Below, one piece after another: positions 61,653-64,000 of a stretch of 64,000 bases of DNA (its first letter is position 1; every line of letters starts with the position of its first letter). Below the pieces are notes generated by a model that saw only the letters and a program-made list of their open reading frames with translations, was not told where the DNA came from and did no database searches. Origin of the DNA: Anthoceros angustus (taxonomy: Eukaryota; Plantae; Anthocerotophyta); assembly GCA_010909165.1 (NCBI GenBank), contig MU008182.1, positions 496,001-560,000 of the forward strand, written 5' to 3'. Position numbers and translations under genes: made by a program.

Positions 61653-63102
61653 CCCAGCTCCTAAGCATTTCTGCTCTACCGTGCTGAGACGCTCCTCTCC
61701 TGGAGAAACAGAACCAAGCCCATAATGGGCGCAAACAAACAGGTAAGAGTAGGCATGAATTCAGGAGGGACGTGGTGCACAGGCTGGGCGTGGCGAACCT
61801 CGTCTCTGCAGCGGTTGAATCAAAGGAACTCAGCAGTCGATCTCTCAACCGGCAACCATCCAAACGCTGCTCAAGTGCAAATTCAGTGCCCACGTCGAAA
61901 ATACATCGCTGAGGTCGAGCTCCTTCCCGGTCATTCACCTCGGAGCGGCACTCTAGCTGAAAGGAGACCCTTCAGGCCTCCAATTGTTGGCCACGAGAAG
62001 GTCCTTTGCTCAGCAGTTTAGCAAGCGCCCATATTCATAACCTTCACTTCCACGCCAATTGAACAGACCCTCCCGCCCAGATAATAATCCGTCTTGTCAT
62101 CAGAGTTTCGGACTTCTTAACGTCTCTTTGAAACCGCTGTGCTCACGATACTCGGGAGCCCACTCCCCGTAATTTCGAGAGAACGAGACTGCCGCGTCTT
62201 CGTGATATGCAGAGGGATGAACGATGAAACCAGATGGGAAATTGAAACCCTGGATTCCTGGCGTGTGTTTGTTTGTTTGTCTTTAGTGTATGTAGATACA
62301 TCCGGGGGCCGTGTTTTGTGCGGAAAACTTTGGGCTGACCTTGTCTTGCTCTTCATAGATATTCCCTAGTAAGAGGTAACGTTCATCCCCGTCCTTCAGT
62401 CGTTTGTCGCACCAAGGGGACACCTGGAGATGTTGATGGATGTCGAAATTGCAGAATCACCATGAAACGTGTGACCAAGGTGTCAAGCTCATGAGACCCA
62501 CAAGGGCCTTGACGACGAGCAGCACAGATGAGTGTTGGCAGGAGAGTGATGCAATGGTTGAGGCTTTTAGTGTTTTCCGCATTATGTACGTACCATTAGG
62601 GGATCGGGCATGAGGAGTTTGCAACACTGAGATAATTCGGACTTCCTTCATCAGATTTCTGCAGATCAACAAGGTGTTGATCTCGCAGAAGAACTGTTGC
62701 AGCCTTTCAAGCTTGCAAAGACTACAAGCAACATGTAGCTCGAAATTAGATCCCTACGCAAGGTGTGCCACCTACTAAATATGTGTCAACTATGGCAAAT
62801 ACAATCAATGACAGGATTTAAGGCACAACACGAGACAAGGTTCGAAAGTTCAAAGTCCCTGCTTGTCTGCACAGCAGCAACCAATCTTGCCTCGCCGACT
62901 GGTCCGAATTCGGGCAGCAAATGAATAGGTATGTGAGTCCACCGTCCAGTGAGTTCCTCCACCTCCTAAATTGCTTCAGAATCCATCCTGCACCGCCGAA
63001 TGCCACCTAGGAGATCTATGTTACAAAACAAGTGTGCAAATAGTGTGATCCGTCACCTGGCATGCATGCACCATGATATACAGTCCGTCAGTCCCCTCGC
63101 GG

Positions 63103-63843
63103 TCACATACCCATACCCGCCCCCCGCAGGAAGCCACGATCGCTCAAGAACTGAATCAGGTCCTTAGCCATGGCGTCCGGAGAAACAGTGTCCCCACACT
63201 TGGAATATAGATCAAGCACAATCTCCGGCTTCTCAGGCACTTCGTAGGGGTCATCAATCCCAGTGAAGCCTTTCAGCTTGCCAGCCCTTGCGAGCTTGTA
63301 CAGCCCCTTGCAGTCACGCTTCTCACAAACCTCCAAGGGCACCTTCATGTACACCTCGATGAACTCGTCCTTGCTCACCAGGCTCCGCACAAAGTCCCTG
63401 TCCTTTCTGTAAGGAGAAATGAAGCTCACCAGCGTGATAAGCCCGGCATCCGAGAAGAGCTTTGCCACCTCGCCGACTCTCCTGATGTTCTCCTCCCGGT
63501 CAGCCTGAGAGAAGCCGAGGTTCTTGCACAGGCCATGCCGAATGTTGTCCCCATCCAGGACGTAGCTCAGCTTCCCCAGGCCCGTAAGGTACCGCTCGAC
63601 CGCACACGCCACAGTGCTCTTCCCGGATCCGCTGAGCCCCGTGAACCACACAATGCAACCCTTCTGGTCCAGAATGTTCCTGCGATGCTCCTGAGTCACG
63701 CACCCCTGATGCCACTTCACGTTGGGGCACATTTGCGACTGTGCATGTGCCATGGTCGCGAACCTCCGACACCAGGGATTTCCGACCGATTTAGTCGCTC
63801 CCACCAAGGTGGAGGTGGACAACCCTCCCATGTGCTGCAGCAT
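63103..63843 (-). CDS. APK: Adenylyl-sulfate (APS) kinase, 246 aa; no introns in the catalytic domain
   Basis: NVKWH, P-loop [67 protein letters not shown]. Confidence 0.96.
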   Translation of the reverse strand: MLQHMGGLSTSTLVGATKSVGNPWCRRFATMAHAQSQMCPNVKWHQGCVTQEHRRNILDQKGCIVWFTGLSGSGKSTVACAVERYLTGLGKLSYVLDGDNIRHGLCKNLGFSQADREENIRRVGEVAKLFSDAGLITLVSFISPYRKDRDFVRSLVSKDEFIEVYMKVPLEVCEKRDCKGLYKLARAGKLKGFTGIDDPYEVPEKPEIVLDLYSKCGDTVSPDAMAKDLIQFLSDRGFLRGAGMGM

Positions 63844-64000
63844 AGGGAAGAGATCTCATTTATCCCACGCCCGCACCAATTCGGAAGAGCCGCAAGCAGG
63901 AAGCAGGAGGCAAGCAAGGAAGCCGAGTCAGTTCGTTCCTGCGGATGGCATTCCTTCAGTCACAGCAATAGCAGGCGCGAGCATGGGCCAGCCGGTGCTC

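Noticed and set aside
61725-62672. Small gene between MLH3 and APK
   Set aside because: Short ORFs without recognisable motifs; likely the MLH3 promoter/5' UTR and APK 3' UTR

Overview
Eukaryotic nuclear DNA from a land plant with short introns of roughly 70-150 nt. A compact-genome non-seed plant such as a hornwort or lycophyte is an inference only. The first ~11.3 kb is accessory or decayed sequence: a degraded TE-type ORF region interrupted by a 2.3-kb TIR element with repeated perfect GC palindromes, a 657-bp TTAA-flanked piggyBac-like element, a 3.06-kb internally deleted Ty1/copia element (213-bp LTRs, GAAAC TSD), and a PAO-family Rieske oxygenase pseudogene. The genes that follow are a plastid-type pirin-like gene lacking all four metal ligands (-), GRAS gene 1 (+), DEG8 (-), a 227-aa membrane protein (-), importin-4 (-), an ACOT9-like thioesterase (+), a ~1233-aa GRAS gene 2 (-), MCM-BP/ETG1 (-), MLH3 (-) and APS kinase (-). 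Both GRAS genes have 7.5-10.5 kb upstream regions packed with GC-rich hexa- and heptamer microsatellites. No rRNA, tRNA or CRISPR array was found. All homology calls come from motif recognition by eye; no database searches were run.
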